A stretch of 64,000 bases of DNA from a bacterium. GTDB taxonomy: Bacteria; Elusimicrobiota; JBDRMW01; JBDROU01. Below are positions 45,302-56,265 of the stretch, piece after piece. How positions within the stretch are numbered: position 1 is the first letter of the stretch; every line of letters begins with the position of its first letter. The notes under the pieces were generated by a model. That model ran no database searches. It was not told the DNA's origin and saw only the letters and a program-made list of their open reading frames with translations. The stretch lies in contig JBDROU010000046.1 of NCBI GenBank assembly GCA_043809745.1, positions 1,733 to 65,732 of the forward strand, read 5' to 3'. Both the position numbers and the translations under genes were made by a program.

Positions 45302-47077
45302 TTACTTTTGTTCCAAATTAAGAACCGTTAAGAAAGCCTCCTGAGGCAACTCTACATTTGCAAATTGCTTCATTTTCTTCTTTCCCTCTTTTTGTTTTTC
45401 CAGTAATTTCCGTTTTCTGCTGATATCACCGCCGTAGCATTTTGCTATAACATCCTTGCGTAAAGGCGGAATGTTCTCCCTTGCAATGATTTTATTATTG
45501 ACTCGCGATTGAATAGCTATCTGAATCATCTGTCTGGGGATTACTTCTTTAAGCCTTTCTACAAGTTTCTTGCTTACATAATACGCCCTCTCCTTGTGTA
45601 CCACGCTTGATAATGCATCTACCACCTTGCCTTGAACTAAAATTTCAACTTTCATCAAATCGCTTGGCTTCCAACCGCTATGCTCATAGTCGAGAGAAGC
45701 ATAACCCTTAGATATTGATTTTAACTGGTCATAGAAATCAACTATAACCTCCCCCAATGGCAGTAAATAATTAAACATAAGCTTTTTGGATGTGATATAG
45801 TGCATCTGCTTCATCTGCCCCCTCTTCTCCTGGCACAACTGCATAACTCCTCCAACAAACTCTTTCGGCGTTATAATACGGGCCGCTATATACGGCTCAT
45901 CAACAGCCTCCACCTTGCGCGATGGGAAATTAGCCGGGTTTAATATCTCTTCAATCTCATCGTGTTCATTTAATATCCTGTAAACGACGTTAGGAGCTGT
46001 AACAATTATCTCAAGCTGAAACTCTCTCTTTAACCTTTCCTTTATTATATCCATATGCAGTAATCCGAGAAAACCGCATCTAAAACCAAAACCCAATGCC
46101 TGGGATGTTTCTGGTTCGAAATGAAACGACGAATCTGAAAGATGCAATTTGTCAATAGCTCCCCTTAAGAAGCCGTAGTCGGCCGGATTTATTGGATATA
46201 ATCCAACAAAGATATACGGTTTCAACTCTTTGTAGCCGGGATGAGGCTTTTTTGTTGGATTTTTTACCGTTGTAATTGTATCACCGATCTTAACCGCATG
46301 TATATCCTTGATGCCTGTAACCAGAAATCCAACCTCTCCTGAAGTCAATATTTTGGAACTCACCATCTTCGGAGTCAGATAACCAACATCAATGCACTCA
46401 ACCTCCAATTTTGAAGACATCATACACAGTAAATCATTCACTTTCAGCGTACCTTCCAGTATCTTTATATAAATAATCACACCTCTATATGGATCGTATA
46501 ATGAATCAAATATCAAGGCGGATAAAGGAGCATGCGAGTCCTGCTTATATGGAGGTATTTTTTTAACAATGGCCTCTAAAACCTTTTCAACACCCTTCCC
46601 CTCTTTCGCGCTGACGAGAATCGGCTCCTCGCCTAAATGCAGGACTTCCTTTAATTGAACTTTAACTCCTTCAGGATCTGATGCAGGAAGGTCAATTTTA
46701 TTAATTACCGGGATTATAGTTAGATTCGTCTCCTGAGCCAGATAAGCATTTGCAACTGTTTGCGCCTCAACACCCTGTGTTGCATCCACCACTAATATTG
46801 CCCCTTCACACGCAGCAAGCGCCCTGCTTACCTCATAAGTAAAATCTACATGACCGGGTGTATCAATCAAATTAAGAATATACTTCTTCTTATAGATCAT
46901 GCGAACCGCTTTAGCCTTAATTGTGATACCGCGTTCCCGCTCAAGTTCCATATCATCCAAAACCTGGTCGCGCATATCTCTTTTAGAGACAGTACTTGTT
47001 AACTCAAGCAAACGGTCAGCTAAAGTGGACTTCCCATGATCGATATGCGCTATTATAGAAAAATTTCTTATTTCCAA
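45302..47077 (-). CDS. lepA: Elongation factor 4 (LepA)
   Basis: 'IRNFSIIAHIDHGKSTLADRLL', 'DTPGHVDF', 'NKID' and a LepA C-terminal domain. Confidence 0.95.
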   Translation of the reverse strand: MEIRNFSIIAHIDHGKSTLADRLLELTSTVSKRDMRDQVLDDMELERERGITIKAKAVRMIYKKKYILNLIDTPGHVDFTYEVSRALAACEGAILVVDATQGVEAQTVANAYLAQETNLTIIPVINKIDLPASDPEGVKVQLKEVLHLGEEPILVSAKEGKGVEKVLEAIVKKIPPYKQDSHAPLSALIFDSLYDPYRGVIIYIKILEGTLKVNDLLCMMSSKLEVECIDVGYLTPKMVSSKILTSGEVGFLVTGIKDIHAVKIGDTITTVKNPTKKPHPGYKELKPYIFVGLYPINPADYGFLRGAIDKLHLSDSSFHFEPETSQALGFGFRCGFLGLLHMDIIKERLKREFQLEIIVTAPNVVYRILNEHDEIEEILNPANFPSRKVEAVDEPYIAARIITPKEFVGGVMQLCQEKRGQMKQMHYITSKKLMFNYLLPLGEVIVDFYDQLKSISKGYASLDYEHSGWKPSDLMKVEILVQGKVVDALSSVVHKERAYYVSKKLVERLKEVIPRQMIQIAIQSRVNNKIIARENIPPLRKDVIAKCYGGDISRKRKLLEKQKEGKKKMKQFANVELPQEAFLTVLNLEQK

Positions 47078-48819
47078 TTTGATCTAGCAACTCCCCTTTT
47101 GACAACGCGCGATATAGAATCCCTATCGCTCAACCGCATTATCTCTTTTACTAATTCCTGTGATTTGCGAAAGTTCGATGTGCGAATAAAACTCTTAATG
47201 CGCGGCACATCAACCGGAGATATGCTCAACTCGTCCAAACCCAATCCCAACAATACTGCATTTAAGTTCGGATCGGCCGCCATCTCACCGCACATGCCTA
47301 CCCATTTCCCGGCAGCGTGTGTTGAATCCACCACAAATTTAATCAAACGCAATATAGAAAGGTTTAACGGATCGTAAAGTGTCGCAACATCTTCGTTAAC
47401 TCTGTCCACTGCAAGTGTATATTGAATTAGATCATTTGTGCCAATTGAGATGAAATCTGATTCCTTTGCCAAAATGTCTGTTATCAAAGCGGCACTGGGT
47501 ACCTCAATCATGATCCCGATCTCGATATCACCGTCAAAATCAATTCTTTCTCTGGTTAGCTCAAGCTTAACCTCTTTCACTAACTCCTGAACCTGTCTTA
47601 ACTCTTCCAGGGTGCTAATCATGGGAAACATCATCTTTACCTTTCCTTCTGATGATGCGCGCAGTATAGCCCGAATCTGGGGTTTAAGCAGTTCTGGGTG
47701 GTGCAGACATAAGCGAATTCCCCTCAATCCCATAAATGGATTACGCTCCTGCTTTCCAACTCCGTATCCCTGCTTTGCCAATTTGTCACCACCCAGATCC
47801 AATGTGCGGATAATAACACTATAAGGAAGCAGAGATTTAACAACATTAGTATAATGCCTGTATTGTTCCTCCTCTGTTGGAAGCGAGTTTCTGTCTAAAA
47901 ATAAAAATTCTGTTCTAAATAATCCGACGCCCTCTGCCCCATGCGATAGCACTGACTTTACTTCATCTGAAGAATCAATATTGGCAGCCAACACTATTCG
48001 GTGTCCATCAACAGTTTGAGCAGGGAGGTCTTTTAACTTCTCCAACTCTCTTAATTCTGCCATATGTATCTCTTTTGCCCTTCTATAGCTGGAGATTGTA
48101 TCCCTATCCGGATTTATAATAACCAATCCCGCATTACCGTCTATAATCACATCATCACCGGATCTAATAAATTTGGAAATGGCTTTTAATCCAACAACAG
48201 CCGGTATCTCTAAGATGCGGGCAACAATAGCCGTATGAGAAGTTTTTCCTCCAATATCTGTTGCAAATGCCTTAACCATCTGATCACGCATATGAACTGT
48301 ATCCGAAGGACTTAAACTGTGGGCTATAATGAGAACCTCATCTTTAAGCTTGGTCATATCTTTCTTCTTTCTGCCCAATAGGTTCTGCATTATTTTCTTT
48401 CCGACATCTATTACATCATTCTTTCTTTCTCTAAAATACTCGTCATCAAGTTTTTCGAACTTTTTAACAATCTTATCAATACTCTGCTTTAATGCATATT
48501 CTGCCTTTACCCACTCACGGTTTATAGTCTGGATTACATCTTCAGTCAATATTGGATCGCTTAATATAAGCAAATAAGCTTCTATAAGACGAGCATGGCT
48601 CTTTCCAAGGGTTTTAAGTATTTTTTCCTGGGTTTGCAGCATCTCATTTTTTGTTTTGCTTAATGCAGTCTGAAAACGCAATATTTCATCCTTAACACCG
48701 CTCCTTTGCACTGTTGCTTCCGGGAAGTAATCGCTCTCTTCTTCAATAACAAATGCCTTACCTATAGCTATACCTGGGGAAGCAGCTATGCCCTTAAATA
48801 CACTTTTCTTTTTTTCCAT
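47068..48819 (-). CDS. ptsI: PTS Enzyme I (phosphoenolpyruvate-protein phosphotransferase)
   Basis: 'GGKTSHTAIVARILEIPAVVG' (His carrier), a PEP-utilising C-domain 'GMCGEMA', and the EI N-terminal HPr-binding domain. Confidence 0.9.
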   Translation of the reverse strand: MEKKKSVFKGIAASPGIAIGKAFVIEEESDYFPEATVQRSGVKDEILRFQTALSKTKNEMLQTQEKILKTLGKSHARLIEAYLLILSDPILTEDVIQTINREWVKAEYALKQSIDKIVKKFEKLDDEYFRERKNDVIDVGKKIMQNLLGRKKKDMTKLKDEVLIIAHSLSPSDTVHMRDQMVKAFATDIGGKTSHTAIVARILEIPAVVGLKAISKFIRSGDDVIIDGNAGLVIINPDRDTISSYRRAKEIHMAELRELEKLKDLPAQTVDGHRIVLAANIDSSDEVKSVLSHGAEGVGLFRTEFLFLDRNSLPTEEEQYRHYTNVVKSLLPYSVIIRTLDLGGDKLAKQGYGVGKQERNPFMGLRGIRLCLHHPELLKPQIRAILRASSEGKVKMMFPMISTLEELRQVQELVKEVKLELTRERIDFDGDIEIGIMIEVPSAALITDILAKESDFISIGTNDLIQYTLAVDRVNEDVATLYDPLNLSILRLIKFVVDSTHAAGKWVGMCGEMAADPNLNAVLLGLGLDELSISPVDVPRIKSFIRTSNFRKSQELVKEIMRLSDRDSISRVVKRGVARSNWK

Positions 48820-48849
48820 TATAATCCTCCGCTATTTGAGTTTTTTTAT

Positions 48850-49116
48850 TCACTCTTCGCCAAATTTCGAATCGAACAACCTTTCCAATTCCTCAATTGC
48901 AGCTTGTTCGTCTTCACCATCTAATAGTATCGTGAGTTCAGAAAGTTGTTCAGCGGCAAGCATGAGTATGCCCATTATGCTCTTGCCATTAACCTCCTGA
49001 TCACCCTTTATAACTTTTACCTCTGATTTAAATTTATTTGTAGTTTGCACAAGAAGGGCAGCTGGACGGGCATGAAGTCCCAATTTGTTTTTTACCTGTA
49101 ATATTTTTTCTATCAT
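48850..49116 (-). CDS. ptsH: Phosphocarrier protein HPr (carries both His15 and Ser46)
   Basis: 'GLHARPAA' (His15 site) and 'NGKSIMGILML' (Ser46 site for HprK). The track ORF's first 11 aa are an over-extension. Confidence 0.85.
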   Translation of the reverse strand: MIEKILQVKNKLGLHARPAALLVQTTNKFKSEVKVIKGDQEVNGKSIMGILMLAAEQLSELTILLDGEDEQAAIEELERLFDSKFGEE

Positions 49117-49919
49117 TATAATAATCCTATCGCGGTCAGAATGACACATAAAACCAGACCACTTATAAATATTTTTATTGTGGATTGCTCCAATATTTTT
49201 AAGCTGACAAACAGAATCAAAAACAACGCGCTGAAAAGCTTTAGTTTAACAGTTGGAACATTACAAATAATAAAGAATAAAATGAGAAAAGATGTTATTG
49301 CCAAACCTATCAAACATAACACATGATGAATCTTTGCCAAAGGTATTTTCTTTAAATACTGCAAAACAGCTTCCTTGTAACGTATACCGGCTGCTCCGCA
49401 TAAAAAACGCACATTTAAGGTTACGCTATTATACAAAAGTAAATAGAGTATAATTGACAAAACTATATAATTTGAAGTAATATTCTTAAAACAAACAAAA
49501 AATAACATACATCCGATTATAGAATTAAACGGCCTTAAACACCCCCAAATAAAACTATCTCCTATAGCAGCTAGTGAGGATGAAAGATATTTTTTTATCA
49601 TAGGAATCTCTTTATCCATATTCCTTTCTGAAGTTAAACTGCTTTCCTCTTTATCTATTACAAGCGCTGCGACAAGAGGGACCAAATATGGGTTAGTGAC
49701 AAAATAATCAAGATGTCTGGTAATTGCAGCGTTCAACTTTTCCGAATTCTTACTATAAATCTTTGTAAGAAAAGGCAGGATAGTAAAAGCAAATCCAATA
49801 TTTTGCAGCCCTTCTCTATTCCAATATGCCTGTATAAAAAATGAACGAAAGAAAAGTATCCAAGCCTTCTTTAATTTAAACAACGAAGCAAAATCAGCAA
49901 GTTTTGAATATATTGTCAT
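49116..49919 (-). CDS. PTS mannose-family EIID component
   Basis: 'FFRSFFIQAYWNREGLQNIGFAFTILPFLTKIY....LNAAITRHLDYFVTNPY' matches the EIID-Man N-terminal consensus. Multiple TM segments. Confidence 0.75.
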   Translation of the reverse strand: MTIYSKLADFASLFKLKKAWILFFRSFFIQAYWNREGLQNIGFAFTILPFLTKIYSKNSEKLNAAITRHLDYFVTNPYLVPLVAALVIDKEESSLTSERNMDKEIPMIKKYLSSSLAAIGDSFIWGCLRPFNSIIGCMLFFVCFKNITSNYIVLSIILYLLLYNSVTLNVRFLCGAAGIRYKEAVLQYLKKIPLAKIHHVLCLIGLAITSFLILFFIICNVPTVKLKLFSALFLILFVSLKILEQSTIKIFISGLVLCVILTAIGLL

Positions 49920-49942
49920 ATCTGTTCTCACTACGAGCAATC

Positions 49943-50575
49943 TCACCAAACTCTTATTTTTTTAAACTTATCTAAATTAAAGGCAATCACAAGGCTCAGC
50001 AAAGGCAAAAAAACATCAAAAGCGATAAACCCATTTAGAATCATATCCGGTAAAAAAGTAAAAATTATATCTCTTAAGAAACATGCAAATCCCAAGGATA
50101 AAGCAATAAATACAAAATTACGAATTACAATAATAATAATATTCCCAACAATTACACCTGTAACCGCTCGATCAAGATGCTTATATATTGCCTGGAAATA
50201 ATCAAAAAATATAGACGACTTCTTTTTAAACCAAAGATCATATACATGGAAACTCATAGCAACAATAAAAGCGAAGAGTATTGCAATTGTCTTATTATGA
50301 ACAACCGGAGATGCAACTCCTATAAAAAAAACTCCTGCTGTAATTGAAGACATAATCGCGGCATCTAATGGAATAACAACTCCCAAAGGAAGCATATCGA
50401 TGCATATAAGCTCCAGGATAACACCCAAAGTAAACCCTTCAACAGGGGCATTGAAGCAAAATCCAAATACTGTTAAAAGAACCAGCGGCCTTGAAAGCAA
50501 CATCTGTCCTACAAATGTAACGTCTAGCGAAAACACCGAACCGATTAATGAAATTAATAATATTTGTTCAACCAT
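49943..50575 (-). CDS. PTS mannose-family EIIC component
   Basis: Polytopic membrane protein immediately upstream of EIID. The ATG at 50575 overlaps the upstream GH57 gene's stop; the track's TTG at 50626 gives an N-terminal extension. Confidence 0.65.
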   Translation of the reverse strand: MVEQILLISLIGSVFSLDVTFVGQMLLSRPLVLLTVFGFCFNAPVEGFTLGVILELICIDMLPLGVVIPLDAAIMSSITAGVFFIGVASPVVHNKTIAILFAFIVAMSFHVYDLWFKKKSSIFFDYFQAIYKHLDRAVTGVIVGNIIIIVIRNFVFIALSLGFACFLRDIIFTFLPDMILNGFIAFDVFLPLLSLVIAFNLDKFKKIRVW

Positions 50576-52688
50576 TGGCAAGTGTGGAAGCCGAAATTCT
50601 CCATTCCCATAAAAATGAAGAGTCAATATCTAAACCAAACTTACAGTGGGGAGTAATACTTATTCCCTGAAAGGTTTTCTCAAAACCATCTTCAGATTGT
50701 GATACAGTTTCTATAGGGAACTGCCATATATTTACTAAATTATTAAAACACATTTTTACCTGCGTATTTTTTTCAGCGGCGTTCCACAAAAACTCATTTG
50801 AAAATAACTCTTTTTTCTCTTTATATTCGCTGCCAAGCAGCAAATTTAGCTCAACTCCAAACCACAAGTCTACTTTTTGCTTACAGCAGTTCTTTATTGT
50901 ATATAGTACCTTAACCTCACTATCAGGTAAAAATTCAAACCTTTTGCTTACAAATATAGGACAATGGCAGTCTCCTACCCAAACATTCCCTCTGTTTGAC
51001 AGCTCTAATATGATATTACTATCCTTTTCCTCATGTACGCTCCATTTATATTGGGCGAGCACAAAATCCCCCTGCTCCCCGTACTGACTTTTTTCATACT
51101 CATCAAGCCTGGCAAATGGATGGAAAAAGTGATCCAAAAAAGTCAATCTATCGTACCAATCATAAAATAAGCTTTCCTTCAAATCACTTTGCTTAGTTTT
51201 TACTAAACCATGTATAGTTTTAACTTCACCATCTCCCTTATTCTCGCCTTTATCCACAACAACAAGTTTTTCTAACTTTTCATGGTATGCTTCTTTACGC
51301 CTAGTAATCACATTTGTAAGATTTACAGAGTTAGGTTTATAATCCCATTCTATAACAGATCCACCGCGATGAGGAGCAAAATAGAAATTCTGCTGCTTAC
51401 CTTCAATAAGGACCTCCTCAAAACCATCACAATTAAAGTCTTCTATTAGATGCCAGTAATTCTTGCTTTTTGAAGAAGCTATCCCATTATCCGTTAAGCT
51501 TTCTGCTTTTATCAGGTTGCTGTATATGGCCTCCCTAAGATGAGGAAGATACAATCCTCCAAAAACACCATGCCAGTAAGCGCAGTTGCATTGTCCGGCC
51601 CATAGATGGTTGACAGCATCCGAAATAAAATTCTTGTTTCCTTCAACTGATTCAAGCTTATGGACCTTTTGGCTTACCAAAAGCATTTTTTTGTGCATAG
51701 CATTTGATTCAGGATATTTATACAAAAAATTTCTCCAAAGCGCGCCGCGCAAAAATGACATATCTTCTTCTGACATGTCGTTCATGTTCATACGCTTCAA
51801 AAAATGCTCAAATTTTATTTCCATATCCGAGGGCAGCGTCCACTCGGACATCTCAAAATAAGAAGCTGTTGGTATATAAAGCATACCCTTGCCGGGAAAA
51901 GACTTTGAAAAATCGCTGAATTTCCAGGTCTTTATCCATTCCTGGTTTTCATCGAGTAGAGTAAAGAACTTATCCAGCCATCCTTTTTCGTACACATGCT
52001 TATAAGTCCCAGGCCAAAGCCCAAACTTCTCCCCATCATCAGCCATTACAAGAAGTCCCTGATCATGTTTTTCAGCGTACTGCCTGAAATAATCAATGCA
52101 TTTTTCCGCAGTACTGAATGGTATCATGTACCTTAACATTTTGTTAATTGGGAACAGTTTGACAGTAACTCCTTGTTCCTCAGTTACAAAATAACCTGTC
52201 AATTTATCACATGAAATTCCTGCTGCCTGAAAATGCGCATCATCCAGAATGGTATACTCTACACCGGCCTCAGCTAATACCTTGGGAAGGTGCGGTTCCC
52301 ACACACGTTCTGTTAGCCAAAGACCTTTAGGCATAAATCCAAAACAATCTTTAATAAACTTACTTTGTTTTTTTATTTGACCTATCTTATCGCTATCCGG
52401 AAGCGAAGAAAGTATCGGTTCATAATATCCGCCTGTTAGAAGCTCAAGCCTTCCCGTGGAAACCATATTTTTAAGTTTCGCAAGAAACTCAGGCTTATAT
52501 ACTTTTAGCCAATCAAACAAAACCCCGCTAACATGCAGATTCCAGTTTATACGCGGATGCTTCTCCAGAACCTCTAATAAAGGCTGGTATGAACTGGCAA
52601 AAGCTTTTTCCAGGACCTCACTAAAATTACCGACAGGCTGGTGGTTATGGATGCCAAAAATAAAATTTACTGTTCCCATATTTGACAA
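50568..52688 (-). CDS. GH57 4-alpha-glucanotransferase (Thermococcus-type)
   Basis: 'NFIFGIHNHQPVGNF...WLTERVWEP...GVEYTILDDAHF' is near-colinear with the N-terminus of characterised GH57 4-alpha-glucanotransferases (HxHQP motif). Confidence 0.8.
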   Translation of the reverse strand: MSNMGTVNFIFGIHNHQPVGNFSEVLEKAFASSYQPLLEVLEKHPRINWNLHVSGVLFDWLKVYKPEFLAKLKNMVSTGRLELLTGGYYEPILSSLPDSDKIGQIKKQSKFIKDCFGFMPKGLWLTERVWEPHLPKVLAEAGVEYTILDDAHFQAAGISCDKLTGYFVTEEQGVTVKLFPINKMLRYMIPFSTAEKCIDYFRQYAEKHDQGLLVMADDGEKFGLWPGTYKHVYEKGWLDKFFTLLDENQEWIKTWKFSDFSKSFPGKGMLYIPTASYFEMSEWTLPSDMEIKFEHFLKRMNMNDMSEEDMSFLRGALWRNFLYKYPESNAMHKKMLLVSQKVHKLESVEGNKNFISDAVNHLWAGQCNCAYWHGVFGGLYLPHLREAIYSNLIKAESLTDNGIASSKSKNYWHLIEDFNCDGFEEVLIEGKQQNFYFAPHRGGSVIEWDYKPNSVNLTNVITRRKEAYHEKLEKLVVVDKGENKGDGEVKTIHGLVKTKQSDLKESLFYDWYDRLTFLDHFFHPFARLDEYEKSQYGEQGDFVLAQYKWSVHEEKDSNIILELSNRGNVWVGDCHCPIFVSKRFEFLPDSEVKVLYTIKNCCKQKVDLWFGVELNLLLGSEYKEKKELFSNEFLWNAAEKNTQVKMCFNNLVNIWQFPIETVSQSEDGFEKTFQGISITPHCKFGLDIDSSFLWEWRISASTLANG

Positions 52689-52698
52689 TAGCTAGAAA

Positions 52699-54453
52699 CT
52701 AAATTTTAACCGCTTCCAGTTTTTGAGGCTCTACTCTTTTAAACGTTTTATAATCTATATCTGGGAAAGGGTTGTTTTTGTTCCTAATAGCGCTCAATAT
52801 TTCTTTGGCCTTATCATCATCTTTGTTTGATTTGATTAGGTGTATTATTTTCTTAAAGTATTGATAGTGCTCCATGAACCTTTCACGGGCATAGTCGCGT
52901 GCCTGACCGGTAGTGATAAGGAACGGCCAATCAGAAGACTGCATCAATACTAACTCCCTGGCTGCCTGCTGCAGTAATTCCAGCTTAAAACCATTCGCAT
53001 CAGGATACTCACTGACAACATTTTCCATCTCCTCTTCCGATGCATGAATGTAAGGCCAGATCCATTCGGTATCCGGGTTGTTCCATACATAATGACCGCC
53101 GCCATTGCCCCATGACGACTCCAGCAGCTCTATAACCCTGGGAGGTTGAACAGAATCCACAAATTCGCCTATAGTACGTCTGCGTACATAAGGATTTGCG
53201 TTAATCTTTTCTACTACCTTTTCTATCCAGGAAATACCTTCAAACCACCAATGCCCGAATAGTTCGGTATCATATGGAGCGAGAATAACACCTTCCTCCC
53301 TATTATTTGCATAAAAATTCTTCAACAATTCTTCAACCAGTTTGTTAAAATGATCGGAATTTTCGTTTACTCTTGGAATTGTATTATCCAGAGAATAAAT
53401 ATCCTTATATCCAAGATCCGTATCGCGTCCTGTAATCTTCCAGTACTGTAATCCTGATTGAGAATCTTTCTTATGAAACTCTCTATAGTTGCCATCTCCA
53501 GGGTAACCCCATTCTCCGCTCCACACCTGCAATCCTGTTTCCTTATTTCTGCCTAACGCAATACATCCGGACTTAAGAAGGTATGGAAAATATGTTGATG
53601 CAGATCTCTTCTGAGAATAATCTATTTTAGGCGGGAGTATTTCCTTATATAGTCCCATCATCTTCCCTCCCCAGAAAGCTGATCCACCTTCAATCGCATG
53701 TGAATCTGTAATGAAATATTCAATACCATTAGCCACTAAAAATTCGTCTATCCCTTTTTTCCAGTAACTCTCATTCTCACCCAATCTGTTAAGATATCCA
53801 GGCCTATAAGCGCACTCCGGCAACCAGATGCCCCTGGGTTTTCTATTGAAATGCCTTTGATAAGTTTTGACTCCAAGTTCAATCTGAGCTTGGATGGAAG
53901 AATCCCTATTAAGCAAAGGGAGATAAGCATGTGTGGCAGCTGAGGTCAATAACTCTATATGCCCTTCTTCTTGAAGAAGCCCAAAAGCCTTTACTAAATC
54001 CCTCCTGAATTTCTCAAAATATACATACTGAAGATTTTTAAAATAATTAACATAAAAATTACTCAAAGCATAAAACTTTTTTTCACCTGAACGTTCGAAT
54101 CTCTTGCAATCCATCTCAGCCCTTGACAGCCTGTCATTAAGATAATTTTCAAAATTCGCTAGCATATACGGATCGTTTAATTGTTCAAGCAGAACAGGTG
54201 TTAATCCAAAAGTTAATTTTGGAGATATATTTTTTTCTTTTAATCGATACAGCATATCAAGCATCGGGAGATAAGTTTCTAGAATGCCTTCATATACCCA
54301 TTCTTCCCCAAATGGCCAGTATCCTGCTTTCCTTACATACGGGAAGTGGCTGTGAAAAACAAAGCAAAAGCTCCCAAACTTTTCGGTTTCCGGGTTATTA
54401 ACTCTCATAAATCGCTCCTTTCCCTTACAAAATAAAAATTGGCGCCAAAACAA
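52699..54453 (-). CDS. GH57 1,4-alpha-glucan branching-enzyme-like protein (GH57 plus DUF1957 architecture)
   Basis: 'FCFVFHSHFPYVRKAGYWPFGEEW' (GH57 HxHxPY motif) and 'GLTPVLLEQL'. 584 aa with an alpha-helical C-terminal half, typical of GH57 glycogen branching enzymes. Confidence 0.7.
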   Translation of the reverse strand: MFWRQFLFCKGKERFMRVNNPETEKFGSFCFVFHSHFPYVRKAGYWPFGEEWVYEGILETYLPMLDMLYRLKEKNISPKLTFGLTPVLLEQLNDPYMLANFENYLNDRLSRAEMDCKRFERSGEKKFYALSNFYVNYFKNLQYVYFEKFRRDLVKAFGLLQEEGHIELLTSAATHAYLPLLNRDSSIQAQIELGVKTYQRHFNRKPRGIWLPECAYRPGYLNRLGENESYWKKGIDEFLVANGIEYFITDSHAIEGGSAFWGGKMMGLYKEILPPKIDYSQKRSASTYFPYLLKSGCIALGRNKETGLQVWSGEWGYPGDGNYREFHKKDSQSGLQYWKITGRDTDLGYKDIYSLDNTIPRVNENSDHFNKLVEELLKNFYANNREEGVILAPYDTELFGHWWFEGISWIEKVVEKINANPYVRRRTIGEFVDSVQPPRVIELLESSWGNGGGHYVWNNPDTEWIWPYIHASEEEMENVVSEYPDANGFKLELLQQAARELVLMQSSDWPFLITTGQARDYARERFMEHYQYFKKIIHLIKSNKDDDKAKEILSAIRNKNNPFPDIDYKTFKRVEPQKLEAVKI

Positions 54454-54468
54454 AGATTGCTAAAATCA

Positions 54469-54972
54469 TTATTTTTCTTTTAAGACCACTTGGATCTTCC
54501 TTATTTCCTCAACTACATCAAGCCGCTTATCATTAGGCAGAACCCTGCTTTCAATCATTACATTATAATCAGCTATCTTCTCAAACAATATGCAATCATC
54601 CTGATCGACGTAAAGCGCGTCATTGATCGCAACTTTACCTTTTGCAAAATGAAGCCCTCCAACATTAATTGACTCAAGCTTTACGCCATTTTCAAGCAAC
54701 TGTAAAATTTCTCTAGGGCTCTCAACCAAGATCAGGACATGATCATTTTTATAATCATCATTTTTAAGAGCTTCAACAGCTTTCTGAACATGCAGATAGT
54801 CTACAGTAACTCCCACAGGAACAGCAAGCGAAAACAGTATTTTCTCATTCTCTTTTTCAGCAAGTTCATCAGAAATTATAACGATTTTATCCGCGCCGAT
54901 AACTCTAAGCCATCCTTCAACAACCTGCCCATGAATTAAACGGTCGTCAATCCTGATTAAATTTATTGCCAT
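54469..54972 (-). CDS. PTS mannose-family EIIB component
   Basis: 'INLIRIDDRLIHGQVVEGW' is the PTS_IIB (sorbose/mannose) phospho-His signature. Confidence 0.85.
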   Translation of the reverse strand: MAINLIRIDDRLIHGQVVEGWLRVIGADKIVIISDELAEKENEKILFSLAVPVGVTVDYLHVQKAVEALKNDDYKNDHVLILVESPREILQLLENGVKLESINVGGLHFAKGKVAINDALYVDQDDCILFEKIADYNVMIESRVLPNDKRLDVVEEIRKIQVVLKEK

Positions 54973-54981
54973 AATTACACC

Positions 54982-55389
54982 TCATTTCAATTTATCCATA
55001 AACATACCTTTTGCATTTATCATAGATTTTTTTGCGTCCTCCAGAGTTTTATTTGCTAACTCCTTCAATCCCATCCTCTGCCTGTTTATCAATGCTGAAA
55101 TCAGCATAGGCAAACTTAAGCCTGTTAAGATCTCAAGCGAGAAATCATTTATCAGCCCCAGACACGCGTTAGAAGCACTCCCTCCAAGCATATCGGTCAT
55201 TATCAGTATACCGCTGCCATCATCAAGCTTATTCAATGAACCGCGGCATCGCTCTTTTATACTCAAAAGACTATCTTTTGCAGTAATCGCGACTACTACC
55301 ACTTTTTCCTGAGGGCCTACTATGCTTTCGGCTGCTCTCAAAATCTCAACTCCGAGTTGTCTATGTGTAAAGAGCGCTATCCCAACCAA
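54982..55389 (-). CDS. PTS mannose-family EIIA component
   Basis: TTG start with a GGAG RBS. '(M)VGIALFTHRQLGVEILRAAESIVG' fits EIIA-Man (His10 region). Confidence 0.75.
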   Translation of the reverse strand: MVGIALFTHRQLGVEILRAAESIVGPQEKVVVVAITAKDSLLSIKERCRGSLNKLDDGSGILIMTDMLGGSASNACLGLINDFSLEILTGLSLPMLISALINRQRMGLKELANKTLEDAKKSMINAKGMFMDKLK

Positions 55390-55401
55390 TTATTTCTCCA
55401 C

Positions 55402-56265
55402 TTATTTTTTTATGTCTCTATGTAATAAACTCACATTAAAACCCAGCTTCTTAGTTATTTTTGCTAATTCTTCCATTACAAAAACACTTCTGTGTCTGCC
55501 GCCGGTACAACCAATACCTACTGTAAAATAAGATTTTCCTTCTTTAACATATAAAGGAAGAATCATTTTAAAAAGTTCTTTTAACAAGTTTAAAAAGCGC
55601 TTGGCCTGTCTATTCTTAAGTATAAATCTCATTACTCTCTCATTCTTCCCGGTTAAACGGCGCAACTCAGTAACGTAATTAGGATTAGGCAGAAACCTAA
55701 CATCTAAAAGCATATCAACATCCATGGGCACCCCGTGTTTATACCCGAAAGATACCAGATGCATATGCATACCAGGTTTATCTAAGGATTCAGCTAAAGA
55801 AATTAATTCCTGCTTAAGCTCGCTTAAAGAAAGATTACTAGTGTTAATTATCTTTTCTGCGCTGGATTTTATCTCAGAAAACTTCTTTCTCTCCAATCTT
55901 ATCCCTTTTATAATACTCCTTCCAAGGGGATGCCTTCTCCTGGTTTCAGAATATCTCCTTAACAAAATTTGATCATCGGCATCAAGAAATATAATTTTAT
56001 ATTGTAATCCAGCCGACTTTAATTCTCTCAAAGAGCTGAAGAATTCCTTAAAAAATCCACCTTCTCTAATATCGATACCCAGCGCAACTTTCGCAAATTT
56101 TTTTCTAAGCCTTTTAGTCAACTCCACAAATCTAGGAAGAATAGCTAAAGGCAGATTATCAACGCAAAAAAAACCAAAATCCTCCAAACACTTTAGTGTT
56201 TGGGTTTTCCCGGCTCCGGACATACCGGTCACAATAATAAAACGCACTGGTTCAGACATCAACAT
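55402..56265 (-). CDS. rapZ: RNase adapter protein RapZ (YhbJ)
   Basis: 'IIVTGMSGAGKTQTLKCLEDFGFFCVDNLP' and the C-terminal 'GCTGGRHRSV' motif. Confidence 0.9.
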   Translation of the reverse strand: MLMSEPVRFIIVTGMSGAGKTQTLKCLEDFGFFCVDNLPLAILPRFVELTKRLRKKFAKVALGIDIREGGFFKEFFSSLRELKSAGLQYKIIFLDADDQILLRRYSETRRRHPLGRSIIKGIRLERKKFSEIKSSAEKIINTSNLSLSELKQELISLAESLDKPGMHMHLVSFGYKHGVPMDVDMLLDVRFLPNPNYVTELRRLTGKNERVMRFILKNRQAKRFLNLLKELFKMILPLYVKEGKSYFTVGIGCTGGRHRSVFVMEELAKITKKLGFNVSLLHRDIKK